Assembly: GCA_019347695.1 (NCBI GenBank)
Contig: JAHWKT010000004.1
Coordinates: 9,616-69,042 of the forward strand
Length of the DNA: 59,427 nt
Source of the DNA: Actinomycetota bacterium
Lineage (GTDB): Bacteria > Actinomycetota > Nitriliruptoria > Euzebyales > JAHELV01
Direction: 5' to 3'
In this document: piece after piece, positions 47,544-56,692 of the stretch
How the letters are laid out: each line of letters begins with the position of its first letter
How positions within the stretch are numbered: the first letter of the stretch is position 1
Notes under the pieces: generated by a model
Databases searched by the model: none
Told to the model about the DNA's origin: nothing
Seen by the model: only the letters and a program-made list of their open reading frames with translations
Position numbers and translations under genes: made by a program

Positions 47544-47958
47544 GCACCGACCGGGAACGGTTGCTCGACATGATTGAGCACCTCGACCTCATCGAGCGGA
47601 ACCGGCCAGCGTCACTCGCCGCCCTTGGGCCGACGAGGTGCTTGCAGCCGCAATGGTTCGCTGGATCGAGATCGTCGGTGAAGCGGCGAGCCACCTGAGC
47701 GACGGATTTCGCGAGCAGCACCCGCAGGTGCCGTGGCGGGCGATGGTCGCCATGCGCAATCGCCTGATTCACGCGTACCCGCAGGTGGACCATCTCGCTC
47801 GTGCGGGGGTCATCGCCACGTCTGGTCAGGCTCGTTCCGCAAGGCCGGCGGCCATGTGGCCGTACCGTGCAGGCACTTCTGCTAGCTCCTCGGGCATCGA
47901 CAGCATCGGCCAGTGCCCGGTGTGCAGCTCGTCGAACTCCCAGCCCGGACCTGCGTAG
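47540..47958 (+). pseudogene. HepT/DUF86 toxin, frameshifted
   Basis: The ATG overlaps the MNT stop (ATGA). The N-terminus MSTDRERLLDMIEHLDLIERN stops after 52 codons. The conserved core IEIVGEAASHL...PWRAMVAMRNRLIHAY (Rx4HxY) lies in another frame, and its 3' end runs into the convergent hydrolase gene. Confidence 0.6.
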
Positions 47959-48608
47959 ACCACGAACATCCCAGGATCGTCCGACGCCAGCGCTGCGCGG
48001 ATCTGCGCGACCGTGAACCCGCCGTCGCTGCACACGATGGCACGTCGCCGGTAGGACACCTCCGAGCCGGTCAACCGCAACGGCTGCGTGTAGGTGCCGA
48101 ACGGGTGTGACGTCGCCCTTGTGCTCAACAGGCGCAGTGCCGCGTCGTCGAGCCCGGCCAGACTCGCCTGCTGCCCCAGCTGCTCGATGCCCGGGAACGG
48201 CAGGCGCCAGCCGTCGCCCTGCTCGCGGACGACCGCCTCGAGTGCCGTGCGTGCGTCCGGCGGGTAGAAGTCAACGGACGCAGCGCCGTCGCCGAGCGGT
48301 GCGGTGTCGACGTAGACGACCGTCGTGATCCGGTCCGAGCGCCGGTCGCCCACGCCCTCGACGACGATGCCCGCGTAGCTGTGTCCGACCAGGACGACGT
48401 CGTGGAGGTCCTCGTAGTCGATGACCTTGACGACGTCGGTGATGTGGACGTCGAGGTTGACGTCGGGACCGCCCAGGTGCTCCCGCTCGCCGAGCCCGGT
48501 CAGCGTCACGGGGTGGACGTCGTGGCCACGGGACCGCAGGCGCCGGGTCACCTCGGCCCATGCCCACGCGCCGATCCACGCGCCCCCTACCAGTACGTAT
48601 GTCTTCAT
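47826..48608 (-). CDS. alpha/beta hydrolase (esterase-like)
   Basis: Starts MKTYVLVGGAWIGAWAW; nucleophile elbow is VGHSYAG. 260 aa. Confidence 0.85.
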   Translation of the reverse strand: MKTYVLVGGAWIGAWAWAEVTRRLRSRGHDVHPVTLTGLGEREHLGGPDVNLDVHITDVVKVIDYEDLHDVVLVGHSYAGIVVEGVGDRRSDRITTVVYVDTAPLGDGAASVDFYPPDARTALEAVVREQGDGWRLPFPGIEQLGQQASLAGLDDAALRLLSTRATSHPFGTYTQPLRLTGSEVSYRRRAIVCSDGGFTVAQIRAALASDDPGMFVVYAGPGWEFDELHTGHWPMLSMPEELAEVPARYGHMAAGLAERA

Positions 48609-48698
48609 CCGCGGGTTCTCCTCGTCGTACGGCCGTGCTGTCACCGTAGCGCTCGTACCTGACAGTTCCTGTCAGTTGCTGGCCGGTAGCATCGGACG

Positions 48699-49676
48699 AT
48701 GCGCGCGGCACGGCTGATCCGGATCCTCCTGCTGCTGCAGGCCCGCGACGCCGCAACCGCAGGGGAGCTTGCCGACGAGCTCGAGGTGTCGGTCCGCACG
48801 ATCTACCGCGACATCGCGGACCTGGGTGCCGCCGGCGTGCCCGTCTACGGCGAGCGCGGGGAGGGTGGCGGGTACCGGCTGGTCGGTGGCTACCGGACGA
48901 GCCTGACCGGCCTGACCAGCGACGAGACCGGCGCGCTGCTGCTCAGCGGAGCGGCGGCACCGATCGCCGGCGAGCTGGGAATCGGCGGCCTGCTGGCGAC
49001 CACCCGGTTGAAACTGCTGGCAGCGATCCCACCGGGCATGCGTGGCGTGGCAACCCGCGCCGAAGAGCGATTCCACCTGGATCCCGGTGGCTGGGCACAC
49101 GTTGCGCCCAGGTCGCAGGAGCACCTGCAGGTCGTCGCCCAGGCCGTGTGGGAGGACCGCGTGCTGCGGCTGCGCTACCGCCGGCCCCGCAGCGACGCTG
49201 TCGTGCGCCGCACCGTGCATCCCCTGGGCCTGGTGCACAAGACCGGGACCTGGTACCTGGTGGCCACCCACCGCGAGAGCCCGCGGGTGTACCGGACCGA
49301 CCGCATCCATCGCGTGGAGCCGATCGACCAGCCGGCGCAGCGGCCGGCGGTCTTCGATCTGCCGGCGTTCTGGTCGAGCTGGGAGCAGGAGTACGCGGCG
49401 ACGCTGCCTCGGGTGGCGGTCGACGCGCGGCTGGGCCCCGGTGCGCTGCGCCATCGGGACGCGCTGGGAGCGTTGGCGCCACGAGACGTCGCCGACGAAC
49501 GACGGGACGACGACGGCTGGGTCCGCCAGACGCTGGTGTTCGACTCGATCGGCGTGGCGCGCGCCGCGCTGCTCGCGCTCGCCCCCGACGTCGAGGTGCT
49601 GGGGCCTGCCGACCTGCGCGACGACCTCGGGCGTGTGGCACGCACGGTCGCGGCACGCCATACGCGCACGGCGTGA
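48699..49676 (+). CDS. YafY-family transcriptional regulator (HTH plus WYL domain)
   Basis: N-terminal RLIRILLLLQARDAATAGELADELEVSVRTIYRDIADL and a central WYLV motif (GTWYLVA). Confidence 0.88.
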   Translation: MRAARLIRILLLLQARDAATAGELADELEVSVRTIYRDIADLGAAGVPVYGERGEGGGYRLVGGYRTSLTGLTSDETGALLLSGAAAPIAGELGIGGLLATTRLKLLAAIPPGMRGVATRAEERFHLDPGGWAHVAPRSQEHLQVVAQAVWEDRVLRLRYRRPRSDAVVRRTVHPLGLVHKTGTWYLVATHRESPRVYRTDRIHRVEPIDQPAQRPAVFDLPAFWSSWEQEYAATLPRVAVDARLGPGALRHRDALGALAPRDVADERRDDDGWVRQTLVFDSIGVARAALLALAPDVEVLGPADLRDDLGRVARTVAARHTRTA

Positions 49677-49724
49677 CGGTGACTACAATCACGGCCGCAC
49701 CGAACCCTGGAAGGGCGACCCGCC

Positions 49725-51023
49725 ATGTCCGCCATCATCGTCGTCGGCACCCAGTGGGGTGACGAGGGCAAAGGCAAGGCCACCGATCTGCTCGCCGACC
49801 GCGTCGACTACGTCGTGCGATACCAGGGCGGGAACAACGCGGGGCACACCGTGATCGTCGGCGACGTGACGCTCAAGCTGCACCTGGTGCCGTCCGGCGT
49901 GATGTACGAGCACGTGACGCCGGTGATCGCCGACGGCGTCGTGATCGACCCGGGAGTGCTGCTCACCGAGCTCGACCAGCTGGTGGACCAGGGCCTGGAC
50001 CCGTCGAAGCTGCGGATCAGCGGCAACGCCCACGTGATCATGCCGTACCACCTCGAGCTGGATCGGCTCACCGAACGCCATCTCGGCCGCCAGAAGCTGG
50101 GGACCACCAAACGCGGGATCGGGCCCGCCTACGCCGACAAGGCGTCGCGCGTGGGGCTGCGGGTGCAGGACCTGTACGACATGAAGATCTTCCGGCAGAA
50201 GCTCGACACCGTGCTCAAGGAACGCAACGCGGTGCTGTCGCGGGTGTACAACCGCCTGCCGATGAAAGCCGCGGACATCGAGACGGAGTACGCGGTGTAC
50301 GCCGAACGACTCGCGCCCTACATCGCCGACACCGGCACGCTGCTGCACGACGCGCTTGACCAGGGGCAGGCCGTGCTGCTCGAGGGCGCGCAGGGCACCC
50401 TGCTGGATCTCGACCACGGCACCTATCCGTTCGTGACATCGTCCAACCCGGTCGCCGGTGGGGCGCTGACCGGTGCCGGTCTCGGCCCCGATCGGATCAC
50501 CCAGGTCATCGGCATCACCAAGGCCTACGTCACGCGCGTGGGCGCGGGGCCGTTTCCCACCGAGCTCGGTGCCGAGGGCGCCTCGGCGGCCAGCCACGAC
50601 ATCGCCGAACGGATGACCGAGGTGGGTGGCGAGTACGGCACCACCACCGGCCGTCGCCGCCGGGTGGGGTGGTTCGACGCGGTGCTCGCCCGCTACGCCC
50701 GCCGCGTGAACGGGTTGACCGAGCAGTTCCTGACCAAGCTCGACGTGCTCAGCCAGTTCGACGTGCTCAGGGTGTGCCGCGCCTACCGCTACCAGGACAG
50801 CGAGTTCGAGCACTTCCCGCCTCACCAGTCGATCATCCACCGGGCGGCGCCCATCTACGAGGAACTGCCGGGTTGGGGCACCGAGATCACCGAGGTCGAG
50901 CACTACGCCGATCTGCCGAAGCCGGCGCAGGCGTACGTCGACCGGCTCGAGGAGCTGACCCAGGTGCCGGTTCGCTGGGTGTCGGTCGGTCCGGAGCGCC
51001 GTCAGACGCTCGAGCGAGACTGA
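49725..51023 (+). CDS. purA: adenylosuccinate synthase
   Basis: MSAIIVVGTQWGDEGKGK plus GGNNAGHT and TTKRGIGP. 432 aa. Confidence 0.97.
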   Translation: MSAIIVVGTQWGDEGKGKATDLLADRVDYVVRYQGGNNAGHTVIVGDVTLKLHLVPSGVMYEHVTPVIADGVVIDPGVLLTELDQLVDQGLDPSKLRISGNAHVIMPYHLELDRLTERHLGRQKLGTTKRGIGPAYADKASRVGLRVQDLYDMKIFRQKLDTVLKERNAVLSRVYNRLPMKAADIETEYAVYAERLAPYIADTGTLLHDALDQGQAVLLEGAQGTLLDLDHGTYPFVTSSNPVAGGALTGAGLGPDRITQVIGITKAYVTRVGAGPFPTELGAEGASAASHDIAERMTEVGGEYGTTTGRRRRVGWFDAVLARYARRVNGLTEQFLTKLDVLSQFDVLRVCRAYRYQDSEFEHFPPHQSIIHRAAPIYEELPGWGTEITEVEHYADLPKPAQAYVDRLEELTQVPVRWVSVGPERRQTLERD

Positions 51024-51049
51024 TGGCCGCCGCCGAACCCGCGGCGACG

Positions 51050-52333
51050 ATGAACGTCCTGGTCATCGGCGGCGGTGGGCGTGAGCACGCGCTGTGCTGG
51101 GCCCTGGAGCGCTCGGTGTCGGTCGCGCAGGTGCACTGCGCACCCGGCAACGCCGGCATCGCGCAGGTCGCGACGTGTCACATCGGGGTCGACCCGGTCG
51201 ACGGCGCGGCAGTGGTGGACGCGGCGCGCGCGGTGGCCGCCGACCTGGTGGTCGTGGGTCCAGAGGCGCCCCTGGTCGCCGGCGTCGCCGACGCGGTCCG
51301 TGCCGCGGGCATCAGTGCGTTCGGTCCGTCGGCGGACGCCGCGCGCATCGAGGGATCGAAGCAGTTCGCCAAGGAGATCATGGCGGCCGCTGGGGTGCCG
51401 ACCGCCCGCTACTGGAGTGGCGACGATCCCCAGGCGGCGGTCGCCGCGCTCGACGACTTCGCGCCGCCGTACGTGGTGAAGGCCGACGGTCTCGCCGCCG
51501 GGAAAGGGGTGGCGATCTGCGAGGACCGCGTGACCGCCGTCACCGCCATCGAGGAGACGATGATCGCCGGACTGTTCGGCGATGCCGGCAACGTGGTTGT
51601 GATCGAGGAGTTCCTCGCCGGCCCGGAGGTGTCGATCTTCGCCCTCTGCGACGGCGACGACTGCCGGTTGCTCGAACCGGCGCAGGACTTCAAACGCGCG
51701 CATGACGGCGACGAGGGGCCCAACACCGGTGGCATGGGAGCCTGGTGCCCCTATCCGCTCGACACCGAGACGATCGCCACGCTCGAGCGGACGGTGTTCC
51801 GACCGGTGCTCGCCGAGCTGACCAGGCGCGGCCTGCCCTACGTCGGTGTGCTGTACGGCGGCCTGGTGCTCACCGATCGCGGTCCGCAGGTCCTGGAGTT
51901 CAACGCCCGCTTCGGTGATCCCGAGACGCAGGTCGTGCTCCCGCGCCTGGCCACCGATCTGGGTCTGCTCCTGCGCGCGTGCGCCGACGGGTGCCTGGAC
52001 GATGCGCCGCCGATCGTCTTCGACGACCGCGCGTGCGTGACGGTCGTGCTGGCGTCGGGTGGCTATCCAGGCACGTACGAGACGGGCAAGCCGGTCGAGG
52101 GCCTGGACACGATCGCCGACGGTGACGCCATTGCGTTCCACGCCGGCACCGTCGCCGTGGGAGATGAGATCCGCACCGCCGGCGGTCGGGTCCTGGCGGT
52201 GTCGGGCCTGGGAGCCGGCGTGCCGGACGCCCGCGCCGCCGCCTACGCGGCCGCCGACTGCATCACGTTCGACGCGCTTCACCGGCGCGACGACATCGCG
52301 CGACACGCCGCTACCCGAGCGCATCCACGGTAG
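51050..52333 (+). CDS. purD: phosphoribosylamine-glycine ligase
   Basis: MNVLVIGGGGREHALCWAL with an ATP-grasp core. An alternative ATG lies at 51023. The ORF-track 5' extension into purA is rejected. Confidence 0.95.
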   Translation: MNVLVIGGGGREHALCWALERSVSVAQVHCAPGNAGIAQVATCHIGVDPVDGAAVVDAARAVAADLVVVGPEAPLVAGVADAVRAAGISAFGPSADAARIEGSKQFAKEIMAAAGVPTARYWSGDDPQAAVAALDDFAPPYVVKADGLAAGKGVAICEDRVTAVTAIEETMIAGLFGDAGNVVVIEEFLAGPEVSIFALCDGDDCRLLEPAQDFKRAHDGDEGPNTGGMGAWCPYPLDTETIATLERTVFRPVLAELTRRGLPYVGVLYGGLVLTDRGPQVLEFNARFGDPETQVVLPRLATDLGLLLRACADGCLDDAPPIVFDDRACVTVVLASGGYPGTYETGKPVEGLDTIADGDAIAFHAGTVAVGDEIRTAGGRVLAVSGLGAGVPDARAAAYAAADCITFDALHRRDDIARHAATRAHPR

Positions 52334-52399
52334 CAAAAAGGGGTGTGCACCGCGCGCGCGACTGTCTAGCATGGCCGCAGGGACGCGCGAGGAGAGCAC

Positions 52400-53995
52400 G
52401 TGCGAACGGCGGGATTGCGAGTGTTCGCCGGAATCGTGCTCACGCTCGCCCTCGTGGGCAGCACCGTGCTACCGATCGCGGCGCTGACCGGACCGCTGCT
52501 TCCAGCGCGCCTCGCCGCACCCGACCCCGGCAGCGCCCTGGCGGTGGATCACCGGTCGTCGGACGCGGACCGGCGGGAGGCCGCCGAGGGACCCGTCGAC
52601 TGGGCGCTGCAGATGCTCGAAGACGCGGGGACCGGCTACAGCCAGTTGCTTGACGACCGCGCACCGGCTGCGACTGCAGGCGGACCGGTCGATCAGCCGA
52701 GCCTGCTCGCCATCCCGGAGGTCGTGCTCGCGGCGTACCGCAACGCGGCGAGGCATGCGTCGACGGTGGTCGCCGGGTGCTCGCTCGACTGGCCGGTGCT
52801 CGCCGGCATCGGGCGGGTCGAGTCGCGCCATGGTCTGTTCCTCGGTGACGACAGCGTGATCGACGCGCAGGGCAACCTCGCAGAGCCGATCGTCGGTCCC
52901 GCACTCGACGGCAACGGGTTCGCGTCGATCTCCGACAGCGACCACGGTCGGTGGGACGGGGACGACCGTTGGGATCGCGCGGTCGGACTGATGCAGTTCA
53001 TCCCCTCGAGCTGGCGCCGGTACGGTCAGGACGGGAACGGCGACGGCGTCCGCGACCCGCAGAACGTGTTCGACGCGACGCTGGCCGCAGTGGACCATCT
53101 GTGCAGCACGCATCCCGGCGACCTGCGTGACGATGCGCGCCTGGGGCGTGCGTTGTTCTCGTACAACCGCTCGAAGCCGTACGTGACCGACGTCCGACGG
53201 TGGATCGACATCTACCGCAGCGCCGACCCCGCCGACCTGTCACCGGCCACGACGGCGTTCAACTCCGGCAGCGAGCGTCGCCGCAACCCGTTCTCCGGTC
53301 AGCTGTCAATGGTCGCGTTCGACGGCATGGTGCCGGTCGGTCCTATCGGCACCGGTACGCCGGCAGCCACAACGTCACCACGCTCGGTGGCCAGCGCCAC
53401 GGCAGCGACGGCCCCGCGCGCGTCGGACGCTGACAGGCCTCGCGCTGACCCGACACCCTCCTCCGAGCGGACGCCCGCACCAGACGCCGATCCGACGCCG
53501 AAGCCCGAGCCGGACCCGACACCGAAGCCGGAGCCGGACCCGACGCCGAAGCCCGAGCCGGATCCGACGCCGGAGCCGGACCCGGATCCGACCCCGAAGC
53601 CGGAGCCGGACCCGGATCCGACCCCGAAGCCGGAGCCGGACCCGACGCCGAAGCCGGAGCCGGACCCGACGCCGACGCCGACGCCCAAGCCCGCCCCGAT
53701 CCCCACGCCGTCACCGGAGCCGTCGCCCGAACCGGAGGAAGAGGAATCCAAGGACGCGCCGGAGCCGGAGCCGTCACCGGAGCCCACCCAGGAGTCCTCG
53801 GCCACGCCCGTGCCCTCTGACGATGCGCAGCCCCAGCCCGCCCCGGAGCCAGACGCATCGGCACCTCCGGCAGCCGAATCGGCACGCGAGCCCTCGCCCA
53901 ACCCCGCACCGGTCGCGGAGCCGGAGCCCGCGTCCGAACCGGCGGAAGCCGAACCGTCGCCGGAGCCCGATCCCGACACGTCCTCGTCGCCGTAG
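52400..53995 (+). CDS. secreted lytic transglycosylase (SLT_2-like) with long Pro-rich C-terminal tail
   Basis: Signal/anchor MRTAGLRVFAGIVLTLALVGS. Motifs: GIGRVESRHG and GLMQFIPSSWRRYGQDGNGDG. The C-terminal roughly 190 aa is a P/E/D/T/K-rich repeat region. Confidence 0.85.
   Translation: MRTAGLRVFAGIVLTLALVGSTVLPIAALTGPLLPARLAAPDPGSALAVDHRSSDADRREAAEGPVDWALQMLEDAGTGYSQLLDDRAPAATAGGPVDQPSLLAIPEVVLAAYRNAARHASTVVAGCSLDWPVLAGIGRVESRHGLFLGDDSVIDAQGNLAEPIVGPALDGNGFASISDSDHGRWDGDDRWDRAVGLMQFIPSSWRRYGQDGNGDGVRDPQNVFDATLAAVDHLCSTHPGDLRDDARLGRALFSYNRSKPYVTDVRRWIDIYRSADPADLSPATTAFNSGSERRRNPFSGQLSMVAFDGMVPVGPIGTGTPAATTSPRSVASATAATAPRASDADRPRADPTPSSERTPAPDADPTPKPEPDPTPKPEPDPTPKPEPDPTPEPDPDPTPKPEPDPDPTPKPEPDPTPKPEPDPTPTPTPKPAPIPTPSPEPSPEPEEEESKDAPEPEPSPEPTQESSATPVPSDDAQPQPAPEPDASAPPAAESAREPSPNPAPVAEPEPASEPAEAEPSPEPDPDTSSSP
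53489..53690 (+). repeat. tandem 24-30-nt coding repeats (PDPTPKPE units)
   Basis: ccgacgccgaagcc(c/g)gagccggac(ccg) is iterated about 8 times inside the transglycosylase gene. Confidence 0.85.
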
Positions 53996-54065
53996 CCGCG
54001 CGACCCGCTGCCTGCCCCGGTGACGAGTGCCCGCGCGTCCCCCCGTCGCGGGTGACAATGGCGCC

Positions 54066-55484
54066 ATGATCCCCGACATCCTCGCCGCCAGGTACGCGTC
54101 CGCCGAGCTCGCCGACATCTGGTCACCGCACCGCAAGGTTGTGCTCGAGCGCCAGCTGTGGCTCGCGGTGCTGCGCGCGCAGCAGCAGCTGGGTGTCGAC
54201 GTGCCCGACGGGGTCATCGCGGACTACGAGGCGGTGGTCGACGATGTGGATCTCGAGCGCATCGCCGAACGTGAGCGCGTGCTCCGTCACGACGTGAAGG
54301 CGCGGATCGAGGAGTTCTGCGCGCTCGCCGGTCACCAGCACATTCACAAGGCGATGACCTCGCGTGACGTGACCGAGAACGTCGAGCAATGGCAGATCCG
54401 CACCTCGCTGGAGCTGGTGCGTGACCGGATGGTGGCGTCGCTCGCGCGGCTGGCGGCGCGCGCGGTCGAGTTCGACCACCTGGTTATGGTGGGACGCTCC
54501 CACAACGTGCCCGCGCAGGTCACGACGCTTGGCAAGCGGTTCGCGACCGTCGCCGATGAGCAGCTGGTGGCGTACGACCGCGTCACCGACCTGCTCGCGC
54601 GGTATCCGCTGCGCGGTATCAAGGGACCGGTCGGCACGGCGGCCGACCAGCTCGATCTGCTCGATGGTGACGAACAGCAGCTGGCGGCACTCGATCGACG
54701 CATCGCCGATGTGCTCGGCTTCGATCGACTGATGTCCTCGGTGGGCCAGGTGTATCCGCGCTCGCTCGACTTCGATGTCGTGTCGGCGTTGGTGCTCGCC
54801 GCCGCTGCGCCGTCGTCGCTGGCCACCACGGTCCGGCTGATGGCCGGCCACGAGCTCATCACCGAGGGTTTCGTCACCGGACAGGTCGGCAGCAGTGCGA
54901 TGCCGCACAAGATGAACACGCGATCGTGCGAGCGGATCAACGGGTTGGCGGTCGTGCTTCGCGGCTACGCGTCGATGACGGGCGAACTCGCCGGTGCGCA
55001 GTGGAACGAGGGGGACGTGTCCTGCAGTGTCGTGCGGCGCGTGGCGTTGCCGGACGCGTTCTTCGCCGCCGACGGCCTGTATCAGACCTTCCTCACGGTG
55101 CTGTCGGAGCTGGGTCCGTACCCTGCGGTCATCGAGCGCGAGCTCGACAGATACCTGCCGTTCCTGGCTACCGCCCGCGTGCTGGTGGCGGCCGTGCGGC
55201 GAGGCGTCGGGCGTGAGGTCGCCCACGATGCGATCCGCGAGCATGCGGTCGACATGGCGTTGGCGATGCGTCAGAAGGGCATCGAACACAATGACCTCTT
55301 CGAACGACTCGCCGGCGACGAGCGTCTGGGGCTCACCGCGCAGGAGCTGGAGACCCTGACATCCGAACCGACGGCGTTCATCGGTGCCGCGTCCGCGCAG
55401 GTGCAGTCGGTCGTGGAACGCGTCGCCGACGTGGTCGACGCCCATCCACGGGCCGCGGCCTACGAGCCCGACCCCATCCTGTGA
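54066..55484 (+). CDS. purB: adenylosuccinate lyase
   Basis: Starts MIPDILAARYASAELADIWSP. Motifs: HKAMTSRDV and SSAMPHKMNTRSCE (fumarate-lyase signature). Confidence 0.95.
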   Translation: MIPDILAARYASAELADIWSPHRKVVLERQLWLAVLRAQQQLGVDVPDGVIADYEAVVDDVDLERIAERERVLRHDVKARIEEFCALAGHQHIHKAMTSRDVTENVEQWQIRTSLELVRDRMVASLARLAARAVEFDHLVMVGRSHNVPAQVTTLGKRFATVADEQLVAYDRVTDLLARYPLRGIKGPVGTAADQLDLLDGDEQQLAALDRRIADVLGFDRLMSSVGQVYPRSLDFDVVSALVLAAAAPSSLATTVRLMAGHELITEGFVTGQVGSSAMPHKMNTRSCERINGLAVVLRGYASMTGELAGAQWNEGDVSCSVVRRVALPDAFFAADGLYQTFLTVLSELGPYPAVIERELDRYLPFLATARVLVAAVRRGVGREVAHDAIREHAVDMALAMRQKGIEHNDLFERLAGDERLGLTAQELETLTSEPTAFIGAASAQVQSVVERVADVVDAHPRAAAYEPDPIL

Positions 55485-55497
55485 TGATCGGGCATGG

Positions 55498-56415
55498 TCA
55501 GGTCGTGGTACGGGCGCGGGGACTGCGGTCGACGGCCTCGTAGCCCCATCCTGCGAGCTGGGCTCGTGCCGACTCGATGCGCTCGGCCGGCGCCGGATGC
55601 TGCCAGGGGTCTGGACGGTGCAGCGCCGTGGACACCGTGATGCGCGACGGGTCGAGGTCGTCACCCACCTCGTCCCAGGTCACCGGGACCGACACGCTGG
55701 CCGTCGGGGTCGCGCGCGGGCTCCACGCTGCGACCGCGTGCTGGCCGGGGCCGTGACGCGACCAGTCGAGCAGCAGCCGGCCGCGCCGGTCGGCCTTGCG
55801 CATCTCGACGGTCAGGTGGTCGGGATGACGGTCGGCAAGGCACCGCGCGACGGCCAGTGCGAACGCCCGCAGGTCGGCGAAGCTGTAGCGCCGCTCGATC
55901 CGCACGACCACGTGCAGACCACGTTTGCCACTCGTCTTCACGCGGGGCGGCAGTCCGAGCTCGTCGAGCAGCTCCCGCAGCCACCACGCGGCTTGCGGCA
56001 CCGACTGGTCGTCGCTGGACGGGTCGAGGTCGAACAGCAGCGTGTCAGGGCGGTCCGGCCGGTCGGTGCGCGACAACCACGCGTGCAGCTCGACGACGGC
56101 CATCTGCGCGGCCCACTGGAGCTCTGGCAGTCCGGCGGCCAGGAGATAGTCCACGTCGCGCTCGGAGGAGTGCGACCAGGTCGTGAACCGGTGGAGGTCA
56201 TCTGGCGCGTCCGTACCGAGGTGCTTCTGGAAGAACCCCGAGCGCTCGACGCCCGCGGGGTGACGCTTCAGCGTCAGCGGGCGCCGCTCCGCGGCCGCGA
56301 GCAGCCGATCGGCGGCTGCCGTGTAGTAGTCCCAGAGGTCGGCCTTGGTGATGCCCGCCTGCGGCCAGAGCAGCTTGTCCGGGCTGGACAGACCCGGTCT
56401 GGCGTCAGTTGACAA
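55498..56415 (-). CDS. stand-alone LigD polymerase (primase-polymerase) domain protein
   Basis: Motifs: SSPDKLLWPQAGITKADLWDYY, LLFDLDP, KTSGKRGLHVV and LLDWSRHG. The likely TTG start at 56415 overlaps the acylphosphatase stop. The ORF-track start at 56475 is the alternative. Confidence 0.85.
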   Translation of the reverse strand: MSTDARPGLSSPDKLLWPQAGITKADLWDYYTAAADRLLAAAERRPLTLKRHPAGVERSGFFQKHLGTDAPDDLHRFTTWSHSSERDVDYLLAAGLPELQWAAQMAVVELHAWLSRTDRPDRPDTLLFDLDPSSDDQSVPQAAWWLRELLDELGLPPRVKTSGKRGLHVVVRIERRYSFADLRAFALAVARCLADRHPDHLTVEMRKADRRGRLLLDWSRHGPGQHAVAAWSPRATPTASVSVPVTWDEVGDDLDPSRITVSTALHRPDPWQHPAPAERIESARAQLAGWGYEAVDRSPRARTTT

Positions 56416-56692
56416 CCTCGAACCGTTGCTCGTCGTCGACGACGTTGATCTCCTCGACCACCACGTCCTCGACATTGGCGTACGGCGGTCCGGCCCGACA
56501 CTCGTCGATCAGCTCATCGACCGCGGCCCGCGTGCCCTGCACTTCGGCCTCGACCCGTCCATCGTCGGCGTTGCGGACCCATCCGGTCAACCCGCGTGTC
56601 TGTGCCTCGTCAGAGGTGGTCGAGCGGAAGAACACGCCCTGCACACGACCGGAGATCCACAGGTGGACCCTGATCAGTTCGTCGTCACTCAT
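56405..56692 (-). CDS. acyP: acylphosphatase
   Basis: 95-aa ORF with VHLWISGRVQGVFFR and GLTGWVRNADDGRVEAEVQG. Confidence 0.9.
   Translation of the reverse strand: MSDDELIRVHLWISGRVQGVFFRSTTSDEAQTRGLTGWVRNADDGRVEAEVQGTRAAVDELIDECRAGPPYANVEDVVVEEINVVDDEQRFEVVN

Noticed and set aside
52334-52399. c-di-AMP (ydaO-type) riboswitch upstream of the cell-wall hydrolase
   Set aside because: The leader is only about 66 nt, which is too short for the motif, and I could not see the conserved pseudo-symmetric helices.
53299-54126. 275-aa Gly/Ser-rich minus-strand ORF that looks like a repeat protein
   Set aside because: It is the reverse-complement reading of the PDPTPKPE repeat array inside the transglycosylase gene.
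49689-55664. Long minus-strand ORFs (49689-50903, 51002-52399, 54123-55664)
   Set aside because: They are antisense to purA, purD and purB, all of which have unambiguous motifs on the plus strand.
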